Numbered from the stretch's first letter, positions 27,677 to 37,524 are shown. The stretch is 64,000 nt of DNA from Chloroflexota bacterium (GCA_965221905.1 OZ244922.1:1536001-1600000), one strand, 5' to 3'. Numbers and translations: made by a program. Notes: generated by a model not told the origin, from the sequence alone.

Positions 27677-29041
27677 TTACGTTCCCTCCGGCCAAAGGCT
27701 TGCAAGCTGCCGACCGGCGACAGTCGCGAGGTTTTCGGCTGTGCCGGCAGCGGCGATGGAATGGGGAGAGGCCCAGGTCTCGTAGCCGCCCTGCCGCTCC
27801 AATGCCTCTTGGGTGCAGATGTAACCGAGATAGTCGTTGGCAAGCTCGGCAATGAGCGTTGGTAGCAAGGGACGTCCCGCCCTGATGGTTAGTCCCGTAT
27901 CGGCAAAGACCTCACCAGGTAGCGCCACCAAGGCAGCGTCCCCAATCCGCAATGACTGTATGCGCGTGTCTAACACGGGTGGCAGTGCGGCCAGATCGAT
28001 GCACGCTTGTGCATAAACGCCAAGATTTCCTTTCGATACCGGCTGACCCACTACCCAGCTAAAGGGGCCGGCGGTATATTCAAACGCGGCTGGATCTTGT
28101 AGGATTTGCCGGGCCGTAACAAGGTCTTCGGCCGCAATGGTCTTGCGGGTGTAGTCTACTGTCTCCAGCACCGCGTCCAATTGACAGGTGTCATGCATTT
28201 CTAACAGTTGGCTTTCTCTCAGCACGTGTCCTGCGAGCACTGAGGCCATCTTGCGCGCTTGGGCATGCCCTGCATCGTTCCACGTCCGCCGACCGCTATA
28301 GTCAATGTTGTTGATGTCGCCTGACGTGGCGTTCTGGAGGATCGGTAGACACTGCGGGCCGAGTAAGCGCTGTACTTCCGCGGTGAAGTGTCCGTAGTAG
28401 TCAGCAGAAAGTGCGGTCGGCGAGTCTGTGCCGACGTAGTGGAGCGCAAAAGTGGCAAGGATTGCCAGCGGAGTACCGGTCGTGTCTTCAAGGTACAGGA
28501 AGCTCAGCGCAGGATCAGTGGGGCCGGTCGCACGCACAGCGTTGGGATCCTCGATGCCGGGGTTCATGTGCACGGTGCCGTCACGCATCCACCAGCGGCG
28601 GTTGAAGCTGATGCGGTCTTCAGTCGACGTCCCCCAACCGATACGCGCGGGCTGAAGACGATTTACTGCCAATCGCACGGCATCCGCAATCTTGACCGGC
28701 ACCCAATCGACATAGTCTGGGTCTTCGTTCACGCCTAGGGCGGTGCGTATCGCCGGGCCGCTGTGGGTGTGGGTGGCGCAAATAAGCAGATTGCTGGGCG
28801 CGATACCGCAATTCTGAGCTACACGCGCCTTAACTGCATCGGCAATGCGCCGGGGCATGCAGACAAAGTCACAGACGACGATGCCGATGCGAGTCTCGCC
28901 GTTATCCAGTACCAGCGCCTTGGCGTGAATCTCGTCGTGCACGTCTTGGGCCTTGCGTTGGGCAAAGCCGCCGCAAAGGGCAATGTCCAGCCAGGGCGTC
29001 AAATTGCTCGTTGCAGCACCGGCGTTGATCTGAAGTGTCAT
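27677..29041 (-). CDS. Neutral/alkaline ceramidase-family amidohydrolase (copy 2)
   Basis: ATHTHSGP, FNRR, LSADYYG, GDIN, LPGEVF, LANDYLGY, GYET; collinear with copy 1; ATG 29041. Confidence 0.8.
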   Translation of the reverse strand: MTLQINAGAATSNLTPWLDIALCGGFAQRKAQDVHDEIHAKALVLDNGETRIGIVVCDFVCMPRRIADAVKARVAQNCGIAPSNLLICATHTHSGPAIRTALGVNEDPDYVDWVPVKIADAVRLAVNRLQPARIGWGTSTEDRISFNRRWWMRDGTVHMNPGIEDPNAVRATGPTDPALSFLYLEDTTGTPLAILATFALHYVGTDSPTALSADYYGHFTAEVQRLLGPQCLPILQNATSGDINNIDYSGRRTWNDAGHAQARKMASVLAGHVLRESQLLEMHDTCQLDAVLETVDYTRKTIAAEDLVTARQILQDPAAFEYTAGPFSWVVGQPVSKGNLGVYAQACIDLAALPPVLDTRIQSLRIGDAALVALPGEVFADTGLTIRAGRPLLPTLIAELANDYLGYICTQEALERQGGYETWASPHSIAAAGTAENLATVAGRQLASLWPEGT

Positions 29042-29357
29042 GGTTGTTGTGACTCTCGATGGCGGCACGCAGACCACGTCGCGTGTTCGCGGCCGACGGC
29101 ACACTCATTAGCAGCGCATGGATTTAGCAATTCGGCTCATTCACGGACTATAGAATAGCACGTACAGATTGAGCCTCGCCTGTGCTCCCTGTGATAGCGC
29201 ATGGTACTCTCCAGGTTTGTCGTACAATTACGCCAGTCCGGATTACCCGTTAATATAGTAGTGTGCGACGGTTAGCGCTTCGGTGGTATGCTTGACGCTG
29301 TCGCTGCGAGGGAGTGCGCTCTAACTTGAGGTGCCAAGAAGTAGCAGGAGGAAAAGG

Positions 29358-30683
29358 ATGCTTTTAAGAAGGTCGTTACTCGCAGGCACAGCGGCGCTCG
29401 CTGCCGGGTGTAGCTTTGCAGGGCCGTCGCTTGACGCGCCGAGCGCACCGCAAGAGGTCGCACTGAATTTCGTAGCGCCCACTTACGGCTTTTTTCGCAA
29501 TCCGCTCCTCTTCGAGGAAAGACCGGTGGATACTTACCGACGGACGGTAGCGATGCTCGAGGCGGATAGTGAGAATCCGTTCGGTCCAACACGCAGCGGA
29601 TACCGCCTGGATTTGCGGCTTTATGAAGAGGTGTATCCTCTCTATAGACCATCAAAGGCCCAAGAAGCAGAAGAGGCAGCCCAAACGGCGGCTCGTGACA
29701 CAATCGCGTCCTTGCTGGAAGACCTCGCAGCAGACCTCGTAATTGTACATTGGATTGATGCAGGGCGGTTGGGGCAAGATGGTCTCTTGCTGCCCTTGGA
29801 CCGCTTCAGCGGCCCGGCGGGAACCGAACTTGATCAGGAATTCTTCACGAGTGTCCTTAACCAGTTCCGGTCAGACGGAGCACTCTACGCTCTGCCTATC
29901 GGGGCGCTTCCGACTATGCTCTATTACGACGAGGGATATTTCGCAGAGCAAGGCGTGCCGCCGGTGGACGCACGTTGGGATTGGGACGACTTGGTGGAAA
30001 GCGCCGTCAAGCTGACGACGTACAAGGAAGACGGCACGGTGGCGCGCTGGGGGCTGATTGCCCATTTGGAGGAAGTTTGGTGGGCGTTGTGGCAGAACGG
30101 GGCGGAAGCGGTTGATCCGGACACACTGCAGTGCCGCTTGCAGGAACCGGCGGCCGTGGAGGCCTTGCAGTTCGTGCACGACCTGATGCACACGCACCGC
30201 GTCTCTCCACCGGTGTCTTCCAGAGCCTTGTGGGAGTTAAATTTCATCGGACGCTCGCCGCCTGCGATGCTGTATAGTCGCTCTCAGGTGGTTCCCGAGG
30301 GGTACCGCACGACTGCCCTGCCACTGGGTAAGCTTTACGCGGTGCCGGTGAGAGCCGGCTTTGGGATCGGCATTGCGGCGCGGACAAAGCATACCGAGAC
30401 TGCGTACGCGGCGCTGCGGGGACTGACGCTGGCCATGCAGGAGGAGACGGCAGTACCTGCCGGAAGAGTGGCAGTCGCTAGACTGGCGGATATTCGCACT
30501 GACCTCAGACCGGCTGAGGTGGCGGCGTTTCAGCATTCGCTGGAACACGGTCGCGCATGGCCCCAGGCCAGCATTCAAACGGTCACCATGCATGAAATAA
30601 TGGAGCGCTTGGGGGGCGATGACGACATGGCGACGATAATAAACGGCGCCTGCGCTCGCGTAGCCGAATATCAGCAAGGCTGA
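29358..30683 (+). CDS. Extracellular solute-binding lipoprotein (ABC family 1)
   Basis: AGGAGG RBS, LRRSLL Tat-like motif, AAGC lipobox, GALYALP..LYYD..WDWDDL. Confidence 0.82.
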   Translation: MLLRRSLLAGTAALAAGCSFAGPSLDAPSAPQEVALNFVAPTYGFFRNPLLFEERPVDTYRRTVAMLEADSENPFGPTRSGYRLDLRLYEEVYPLYRPSKAQEAEEAAQTAARDTIASLLEDLAADLVIVHWIDAGRLGQDGLLLPLDRFSGPAGTELDQEFFTSVLNQFRSDGALYALPIGALPTMLYYDEGYFAEQGVPPVDARWDWDDLVESAVKLTTYKEDGTVARWGLIAHLEEVWWALWQNGAEAVDPDTLQCRLQEPAAVEALQFVHDLMHTHRVSPPVSSRALWELNFIGRSPPAMLYSRSQVVPEGYRTTALPLGKLYAVPVRAGFGIGIAARTKHTETAYAALRGLTLAMQEETAVPAGRVAVARLADIRTDLRPAEVAAFQHSLEHGRAWPQASIQTVTMHEIMERLGGDDDMATIINGACARVAEYQQG

Positions 30684-30797
30684 CCGCCGAACTTCCTGCC
30701 GTCGGGACTACGAGTGTCCTGGCAAGTAGCGAGCGGAGCGAGTATAGGTATGGGTTGCTGGAGCATGTAGTTCTATTTGCATCCGGGCGCTCCGCTG

Positions 30798-31634
30798 CTA
30801 TTGTGCAATCCCGTAGAACTGGGCGGCGTTGCCGCCAAAGACTTTCGCCATGTCCGCTTCGTCTATTGTTGATGCCAGTATCTCATTCAAGGCGCCCATC
30901 ACGGCGTCGTAGCTTCCTGCGAGCAGGCAGACCGGCCAGTCGCTGCCAAACATCACGCGCTTCAAGCCAAAGCACGAGACGGTGTGTTCCACGTACGGCT
31001 TGAGGTCGGCGGGCGTCCAATTGTTGTGGTCGGCTTCCGTCACCATGCCCGAAAGCTTGCAGTAGACGTTTTCGTGTTGTGCAACGGCGCTGAGTTGCGC
31101 GCGCCACGGGTCAAACTGCCGGTCCTCTATCAAAGGTTTCGCGATATGGTCGATCACTGCGCGCAGGTTCGGCACGCGTTCCAGCACCTGGAGCACGTGG
31201 GGCAAGTGTGGGGGACGCACCAAGAAGTCGAACGGAAAGTCGTTCGCTGCCAGCAGCTTGAGATTGTCGAGCACGCGCGGCTGCGTTACCCAGGCTTCAT
31301 CCGACAGGTCGTGCAGCATCGGGCGGAGGCCTACGAATGCGGGCTCTTTGCGGTACTTCTCAAGGAGGCGCGGGAAATCGGCGTCCGCCATATCGAGCCA
31401 GCCGACAACGCCGCCAATCGAGTCGTGTTCTGCCGCAAGCGAAAGCATGAAGTCGGTCTCTGCCACGGTCGGTGCGGCCTGCACGAGTATTGTCTTGTCT
31501 ATGTGGTGGCGTTCAAGTGCAGGACTGAGGTCGGCAGGGAGATAGTCCCGGTAGAGGTCTTCCATGTCGGGCGTGAGCCAACCGTAGTCGCCTCGGCTTA
31601 GTTTCCAGTAGTGCTGGTGTGCATCGACGCGCAT
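30798..31634 (-). CDS. Amidohydrolase-family protein (L-fuconolactonase-like)
   Basis: VDAHQHYW, ILVQA, VIDHIAKP, CKLSG, VMFGSDWPV. Confidence 0.88.
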   Translation of the reverse strand: MRVDAHQHYWKLSRGDYGWLTPDMEDLYRDYLPADLSPALERHHIDKTILVQAAPTVAETDFMLSLAAEHDSIGGVVGWLDMADADFPRLLEKYRKEPAFVGLRPMLHDLSDEAWVTQPRVLDNLKLLAANDFPFDFLVRPPHLPHVLQVLERVPNLRAVIDHIAKPLIEDRQFDPWRAQLSAVAQHENVYCKLSGMVTEADHNNWTPADLKPYVEHTVSCFGLKRVMFGSDWPVCLLAGSYDAVMGALNEILASTIDEADMAKVFGGNAAQFYGIAQ

Positions 31635-31688
31635 GATGTCGCTCTCCGTTTTATGTTCAGACCAAGAGCGTACTCTAACCTGCTTGCA

Positions 31689-32675
31689 TTAGAAAAAACG
31701 GTTGCTGGTGTCCTCGACCTCCGCGTCGACGATGCCGACAACGCGCAAGCAGACCTGGCGGGCGCGGTACACCTGGTCAGGGTCGCGAAAAGCCGCGCGA
31801 ATCTGCGCCACACCGCGTTCCGGGTCTACACCGACGGACTCGAATCGAATTCCGAAGAGGTACGAATCGTCCTCCAAGACTTTCGCGAGGGCAAGGCTTT
31901 TGCGAAACCACGCGGCACGCCCCGTGATCATGCCCAAGATGCGCGTGTGGGCGAGTTCCCAGTAAGCCCAGAAGAGAAAACCGGAGAGAATCCAGACTGG
32001 GAACACCTGTAGCGCGAACGTCCAGCCATTGGTAAACGCGGTGGAGAGCGCAACCATGAGACCCACGGGCACGACAATAAAGGATAAGACTTGGTGGGGG
32101 CCAAAGTAACTGGAAACGATGGGGCCGAAGCCAATGCGCCAAAACACGTCGTGTTTGGCTTGAAATCGACGTAGGAGCGCCATGACCGCTCCCAATGCGC
32201 CCGCGCCGAGTATTACGGGCAAGATGTTCCATACCACTGCTACCACTGTTAGGACCACTCCGAACAACGTCCCGATCCCAATTGGGGTTTCAGAGTTGCG
32301 GATCGTAAGCACGGCAATGATGACTACAACGAGGATTATGAGCGCCGCGGCGCCTTCTATAATCTGGAACGTGCGCATGCGTTCCCAAAAGCCGGAGAGA
32401 ATGACAAGCGGTATAAGTACGATTGCAAAGAGCAGGGCGCCCGCCATCAGCGCCACCATCAGGGAATTCAGAATTGGAAACAATCCGACCGCAAGCGCCA
32501 CCGGCACAGCGAATGCCAGCGGAGCAAGTGCACCCGCAATGCCGCCGGCCAGCAGTGTAACGCGCAAACTGGCGATCATAACCAAGGCGTCCGCGACCGT
32601 GGCGGAGACGATCTCGTGACGCGAGAGGAAGCGCACGTCATCGGAAGAGCCACCCGTACCATACTGTTGTGCCAT
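31689..32675 (-). CDS. Multi-pass membrane protein with C-terminal BON-like domain (paralog B)
   Basis: About 6-7 hydrophobic segments, then LAKVLEDDSYLFG..VGV..GVAQIRAAFRDPDQVYRARQVCLRVVGIVDAEVE. Confidence 0.65.
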   Translation of the reverse strand: MAQQYGTGGSSDDVRFLSRHEIVSATVADALVMIASLRVTLLAGGIAGALAPLAFAVPVALAVGLFPILNSLMVALMAGALLFAIVLIPLVILSGFWERMRTFQIIEGAAALIILVVVIIAVLTIRNSETPIGIGTLFGVVLTVVAVVWNILPVILGAGALGAVMALLRRFQAKHDVFWRIGFGPIVSSYFGPHQVLSFIVVPVGLMVALSTAFTNGWTFALQVFPVWILSGFLFWAYWELAHTRILGMITGRAAWFRKSLALAKVLEDDSYLFGIRFESVGVDPERGVAQIRAAFRDPDQVYRARQVCLRVVGIVDAEVEDTSNRFF

Positions 32676-32689
32676 GCTCTTTCCTATTC

Positions 32690-33733
32690 TCAGGAGGGGT
32701 GCGCGCGCACTGCTGCTTCATTGATGCTGAATAGTTCTGAGGCTGAATCAAGTGACGCGTGGATACCTATGGGAAGGGTTACTTTGGGGTCGGTGTGCCC
32801 CAAATCGACTTGGCTGAGAATGGGAAAATCATACGCTGCGGTGTGCTGGGAGATGAGCCGGTCGAACATACGGGTTTCAAAAGCGGTTGCGTCATTGAGC
32901 TTCCCAACGACAAGGCCTCGTATGTCGGCGAACACGCCCAGCATAGCGAGATGGGCAAGAGATTGGTCGACCTCCTGCAAAATGCTCGGTCCTGTTTTGA
33001 CTTCCTCAAGAAAGAGCACGGTGTCTTTGAACGAGGGCCGGAACGGTGTGCCCGCTAGGGTGCAAAGTGTCGCTAGATTGCCGCCAATCAAGCGGCCTTG
33101 CGCCCGGCCTGAGCGGAGCCAACGCCAGCCGTTCTGCTTCAACCGGGCGCGCGGTCTGTCATCGCGCGGATAGTCGGTTGTCCATTCTTCCGGCGGCCGG
33201 CAGGGGCCCGGCGCCGTCGCATTCAGGAGCACGTTCTCAAACTGGCGGTAACTATACGTGAACATCGTGGGAAACTCGCCAAAGCCATTCAAGAGCATCG
33301 GGCCGTGAAACGTGACGAGGCCGGTGCGGCTGTATATGCCGATGAGAAGTGCGGTGACGGCACTGTAGCCCAAAACAATCTTTGGCTTGTTAGCGAGGCA
33401 CTGCCAATCGAGATACGGCAGCAGCGCATTAGCGCCGCGGCCACCGACGAGCGCGATGACTGCCGTTATTGCCGGCTGAGCAAAGAAGTCATTGATCTCT
33501 TGTGCGCGCACCTTTGGGGGAACGTAGGTGTGCTTGCTCGCGTTCTTGATAGAGGGAGATACTTGTACGCGAAATCCCTGGCTCTCAAGGTGTGCGACGC
33601 CGCGGGCGAACTGCGCCTGGAATGCCGGGGGCACTGCCGGAGTGAACGGTGTTGCCGGGGCAATGATGCCAATCGTATCGCCAGCGGAAAGCTTAGGAGG
33701 CTTGATGACCTGGCTCCCCATCTGTCCCACCAT
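32690..33733 (-). CDS. S66-family peptidase (LD-carboxypeptidase/MccF-like)
   Basis: PPKLSAGDTIGIIAPA, RAQEINDFF, VLGYSA, TFHGPM, GRLIGGNL, LFLEE, DLGHTDP; Ser-Glu-His triad apparently intact. Confidence 0.9.
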   Translation of the reverse strand: MVGQMGSQVIKPPKLSAGDTIGIIAPATPFTPAVPPAFQAQFARGVAHLESQGFRVQVSPSIKNASKHTYVPPKVRAQEINDFFAQPAITAVIALVGGRGANALLPYLDWQCLANKPKIVLGYSAVTALLIGIYSRTGLVTFHGPMLLNGFGEFPTMFTYSYRQFENVLLNATAPGPCRPPEEWTTDYPRDDRPRARLKQNGWRWLRSGRAQGRLIGGNLATLCTLAGTPFRPSFKDTVLFLEEVKTGPSILQEVDQSLAHLAMLGVFADIRGLVVGKLNDATAFETRMFDRLISQHTAAYDFPILSQVDLGHTDPKVTLPIGIHASLDSASELFSINEAAVRAHPS

Positions 33734-33782
33734 GCTACTGACCCCGGTGATGGCGATACTGCGGATTCGGGGACGTTTGCGG

Positions 33783-34655
33783 TTAGATTACGAGGGACCT
33801 TGCGCCGGTGGCAGTGTACTCGTCCCACATTTCATCCTGCAAATCCCATGAAAGTGCTTCCACCTCGACCTCACGGATGCCGACGACACGCCGTGCGACT
33901 TGGCGCGCCCGCTTTATTTGTTCCGGTGTGCGGAACCAGCCTTGTATCAGCGCTTTGTGGCCGTCCTCGCTCACGGCAAGGTCACCGATGATGCAGCCAA
34001 AGAGATCGCTATCGTTGTGCAGGACGAATGAAAGACCGAGGGTGCGGCGGAACCAGACCGCCGAGCCTACCCACGATTGGAGCATGCCTTCAAACCAGCC
34101 ATTCCAATACTGGTCGTACACCAAGCCGGAGAGCAGCCACACGGGCAAGAGGTATATGACCATAATCGGGAACTCTTTCCAAAACGCAAGCCCGAGAAAG
34201 AGTAACGGCACACCGATGAGGCTCAGGAGCAATCCGGGTAAAGTATCCCAGAGAGAATGCAGCGGCATGGGCTGCAGACGGTTCTCAACAGAGCGCAAGT
34301 TAAGACGGGCTTTGACCAGACCTAAGAGGCCGCTAATCAACAGGGCGGGCCAGAGCGCCACGAGGATCGAGACCCAGCCAAAGGTGTGGGAAAGGACGAG
34401 AGAGAAGACCCCGACGACATTGAGCGTAAATAGCATCACCATGATCGGCCAGATGGCGATCACGATCATGATCACGGCAAAGAGGCCGGCAAAGACACCC
34501 GCTCCCGCGATGAAACCGGCAATGAGGGGGATGCGCCTGTCGGCGACGAGCAGCGTTGTTTCATGAGGTGTACCGGTCACCCACTCCTCGCGGCGGAGCG
34601 CTCGCTGCTGTGTCCACTCGTGCGGATCCCACCACGGTAACTGTTTGGCCAGCAT
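33783..34655 (-). CDS. Multi-pass membrane protein with C-terminal BON-like domain (paralog A)
   Basis: About 5-6 hydrophobic segments, then LSFVLHNDSDLFG..LAV..ALIQGWFRTPEQIKRARQVARRVVGIREVEVE; GGGGAG RBS before ATG 34655. Confidence 0.65.
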   Translation of the reverse strand: MLAKQLPWWDPHEWTQQRALRREEWVTGTPHETTLLVADRRIPLIAGFIAGAGVFAGLFAVIMIVIAIWPIMVMLFTLNVVGVFSLVLSHTFGWVSILVALWPALLISGLLGLVKARLNLRSVENRLQPMPLHSLWDTLPGLLLSLIGVPLLFLGLAFWKEFPIMVIYLLPVWLLSGLVYDQYWNGWFEGMLQSWVGSAVWFRRTLGLSFVLHNDSDLFGCIIGDLAVSEDGHKALIQGWFRTPEQIKRARQVARRVVGIREVEVEALSWDLQDEMWDEYTATGARSLVI

Positions 34656-34785
34656 AGCCTGCTCTCCCCTACTGCCCCGACAGTGCGCTTTCAAGCTAAT
34701 GATACTACGTTGAGGGCCAAATATATACTACCGTCTCGTTTGCCAAGCTTCTCCGCGACCCTGGAACTTCAAATTGTGATGGCAA

Positions 34786-35616
34786 TCAGCCTGTGCGCGG
34801 GTCTGAAGCCCGCCTGCGGAACATCCACGTGGCCAACGGCATGGCAGTCACGATAATTGCGACGCACCATACCAGTGCCAGCCACCCGCTATTGCCGATT
34901 GGGGTGCCGACCATCCAGGCGCGCATGGCTTCGATAACGTGGGTAATCGGCTGGTTCTCGGCGAAGACGCGCAGTACGGTCGGCATGCTCTCAGTGGGGA
35001 CGAAGGCGCTGCTGGCAAACGTGAGCGGCATAAGCACCATGAAACCGACCCATTGCGCAGCTTCCAACGATTTGACCACCATACCCAATATGGCCGAAAT
35101 CCAGGAAATCGCGAGCGTAAAGAGCAGCAGCAGGCCGAATACCAAGAACCACTCGACGAGATCCGCCGTGGGGCGAAAGCCAACGAGAAAGCTTGCCGCA
35201 AGCATGATCACAGCCGAAATGGTATTGCGTGCGAGATCGGCGATTACGTGTGCTGCGAGAAGGGCGGAACTGGCCATGGGGAGCGCGCGAAAGCGGTCGA
35301 CAATGCCGCGCTGCAAATCTACCAACACGCTGATCGTGGTCGTATTCGCCCCGAAGGCGGCCGTCTGGACCAAAATTCCGGCGACAAGAAAGTTGACATA
35401 ACTTGTTTCGCCCGTGTTGATTGCGCCGCCGAAGACGTATCGAAAGAGCAACAAGAACATCACAGGCATAAGGAAAACGGAAAGCAACTGATCGGTGTTG
35501 CGTATTATGTGCGTGAGGCTGCGTTTCGTCAGCACCCAGGAGTTGTCGAACGTCCAGAAAATTTCCGGGCGTACTTCAGGTTGCGTGTTGGCGAGCAGGG
35601 AAACCTGTTGCTTCAT
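34786..35616 (-). CDS. ABC-2 type exporter permease (DrrB-like)
   Basis: PVMFLLLFRYVFGG, GIVDRFRALP, FASSAFVP..MP..FAENQP. Confidence 0.9.
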   Translation of the reverse strand: MKQQVSLLANTQPEVRPEIFWTFDNSWVLTKRSLTHIIRNTDQLLSVFLMPVMFLLLFRYVFGGAINTGETSYVNFLVAGILVQTAAFGANTTTISVLVDLQRGIVDRFRALPMASSALLAAHVIADLARNTISAVIMLAASFLVGFRPTADLVEWFLVFGLLLLFTLAISWISAILGMVVKSLEAAQWVGFMVLMPLTFASSAFVPTESMPTVLRVFAENQPITHVIEAMRAWMVGTPIGNSGWLALVWCVAIIVTAMPLATWMFRRRASDPRTG

Positions 35617-36641
35617 TCAGCGCTCTTCTCCTGATTTTCAGCTAGTTCTTCGTTGGATTGCGGCGTAGCCGCTGCCCCGGTGAGTGTGAGAAAGACGTCA
35701 TCCAGGGTCGGTCGGTGCAATGAGATGCTCTCCACGGCAACGTCGGCATCCTCCAGCCGCTGCAACACCTCTCTCAGTTCGTGCACGCCGCTTTGGCTGG
35801 CAATGCTGATCAGACGCCGCTTCCTATCGGAGTGCAACGCCTGGCCGTCCAGCGTTTGCTCTGCCCGTGCAAAACCACTGTCTGCGGCGATTGTAATATC
35901 CAGGCGGTCAGTGCCGATGCGGGCTTTCAGCTCGTCTGCCGTCCCGGCGGCAATCACCAGACCGTGATCGATAACGACGATTTGGTCCGCCAGTTGGTCG
36001 GCTTCCTCCATATATTGCGTCGTCAGCAAGATGGTGACGTCACCGGCGGATAGCCGCTTGATCATGTCCCATAGCGTCAAACGACTGCGCGGATCGAGCC
36101 CTGTGGTGGGCTCGTCCAAGAAGAGCACCGGCGGCGAAGCAATGAGGCTCATAGCTAGGTCGAGGCGGCGGCGCATTCCACCGGAGTAGGTCTTCACAGT
36201 GCGCCGGGCTGCGTCGGTCAGTTCGAATAATTCTAGGAGATCGCGGGTGCGGCGCTTGGTGTCCGGTTTGCTCAGGCGGTAGAGCCGTCCCAGCATTAGG
36301 AGGTTCTCTTCCCCTGTCAAGTACTCGTCCACTGCCGCGTACTGGCCGGTGAGTCCAATGCTCTTGCGCACTTGGTCCGCCTCGCGGGTCACGTCGTAGC
36401 CATTTACGCTGGCCCGACCGCCGTCGGGCGGCAGCAGTGTGCTTAGTATGCGAATGATGGTGGTCTTGCCGGCGCCGTTCGGGCCGAGCAGTGCCAAGAT
36501 GCTCCCTCGATCAACGGTAAGGTCTATTCCTTTGAGCACTTCCAAGTCCTTGAATGACTTGCGCAATCCGGCAACGGCAATCGCGCTGTTGCGGATGTCG
36601 GACTCGGTTGTCGCGGCCAATGAAGGTAGGGTTTCGGTCAT
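35613..36641 (-). CDS. ABC exporter ATP-binding protein (DrrA-like)
   Basis: GPNGAGKTT, GQYAAVDE, YSGGMRRRLDLA, LFLDEPTTGLDP, TTQYMEEAD, PTLDDVFL; ATGA overlap with the permease. Confidence 0.93.
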   Translation of the reverse strand: MTETLPSLAATTESDIRNSAIAVAGLRKSFKDLEVLKGIDLTVDRGSILALLGPNGAGKTTIIRILSTLLPPDGGRASVNGYDVTREADQVRKSIGLTGQYAAVDEYLTGEENLLMLGRLYRLSKPDTKRRTRDLLELFELTDAARRTVKTYSGGMRRRLDLAMSLIASPPVLFLDEPTTGLDPRSRLTLWDMIKRLSAGDVTILLTTQYMEEADQLADQIVVIDHGLVIAAGTADELKARIGTDRLDITIAADSGFARAEQTLDGQALHSDRKRRLISIASQSGVHELREVLQRLEDADVAVESISLHRPTLDDVFLTLTGAAATPQSNEELAENQEKSAE

Positions 36642-36853
36642 TGCAGCTCCTTCAATGCGATAGATGCTGGTTCACTGGTGTTTGTGTTGTGTTAAATTCA
36701 ATCCTGTCGCGGAATCGCAACGGTTGTTCGGCAAGAGTGAATCGATCGCTGAGAGGGGCAGACCCAGTCATGGCCCCCGCTAGAGCTTGCGCCGAGAAAT
36801 AGCGCGCCCTGCAGGTATTGCTGAGAGGCATCTAATGGCGAAAGATATGCGTG

Positions 36854-37420
36854 CTACGCTTTGTCGGTTAGCTCTTTTGCGTAGCCGAACATTTTGTTCT
36901 TGGCTGTCAGCCGGACAAGGTGGTTGAGGCGTTTTGTAAACTCCTCCGGTCGGTTGCGCGCGGTTTCGATGAAAGCCACGCGGATGCGCTGATAGTCCTG
37001 AGAGAAGCCTCGAAAGTTCCGCCAGGTTAGCTCATCAATTTTCAAGGCAGCCTCGATATCCGGCGGTATTTCGAACGGTTCGTCAATGAGAACACCTTGC
37101 GCGGCGGCTAGTCCCGCAGGAGTCATCTTGCCTTCGGCGATAAGATTGCGCAGGCGCACCCGATTGGTCTCCGACCAGTTGCTACCCGGCTTGCGTGGAG
37201 AAAACCGCTGTGCAAAGCGCTCTTCATCGATGCCCTTTTGCCGGCTGTCTATCCAGCCAAAGCAAAGCGCCTCTTCCACGGCGGTGTTATACGAGACGCG
37301 CGGCTTGCCGGTGGCTTTGCGGTAGTAGATGAGCCAAATTTCCTTGGCGTGGGCATGGTGCTCATGCAGCCATGTCCGCCACTCCAGTCTATTCTTGGCG
37401 TAGAAGATTTCCAAAGCCAA
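36854..37420 (-). CDS. YdeI/OmpD-associated family protein
   Basis: EWRTWL..EIWLIYYRK..AVEEALCFGWIDS..FSPRKPGSNWS..GKMTPAG. Confidence 0.88.
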   Translation of the reverse strand: MALEIFYAKNRLEWRTWLHEHHAHAKEIWLIYYRKATGKPRVSYNTAVEEALCFGWIDSRQKGIDEERFAQRFSPRKPGSNWSETNRVRLRNLIAEGKMTPAGLAAAQGVLIDEPFEIPPDIEAALKIDELTWRNFRGFSQDYQRIRVAFIETARNRPEEFTKRLNHLVRLTAKNKMFGYAKELTDKA

Positions 37421-37499
37421 GGCATCCGATTATAAGGGTGGATAACAATACATGAACTCCCATGCAACCTGTTCCTGTGTGCGGCTCAGGTCTCAAAGA

Positions 37500-37524
37500 G
37501 CGGGGGACAAGCCCCCGCGCTACG
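37500..37524 (-). repeat. GTAG-type REP-like palindrome
   Basis: Minus strand CGTAGCGCGGGGGCTTGTCCCCCGC. Confidence 0.6.
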
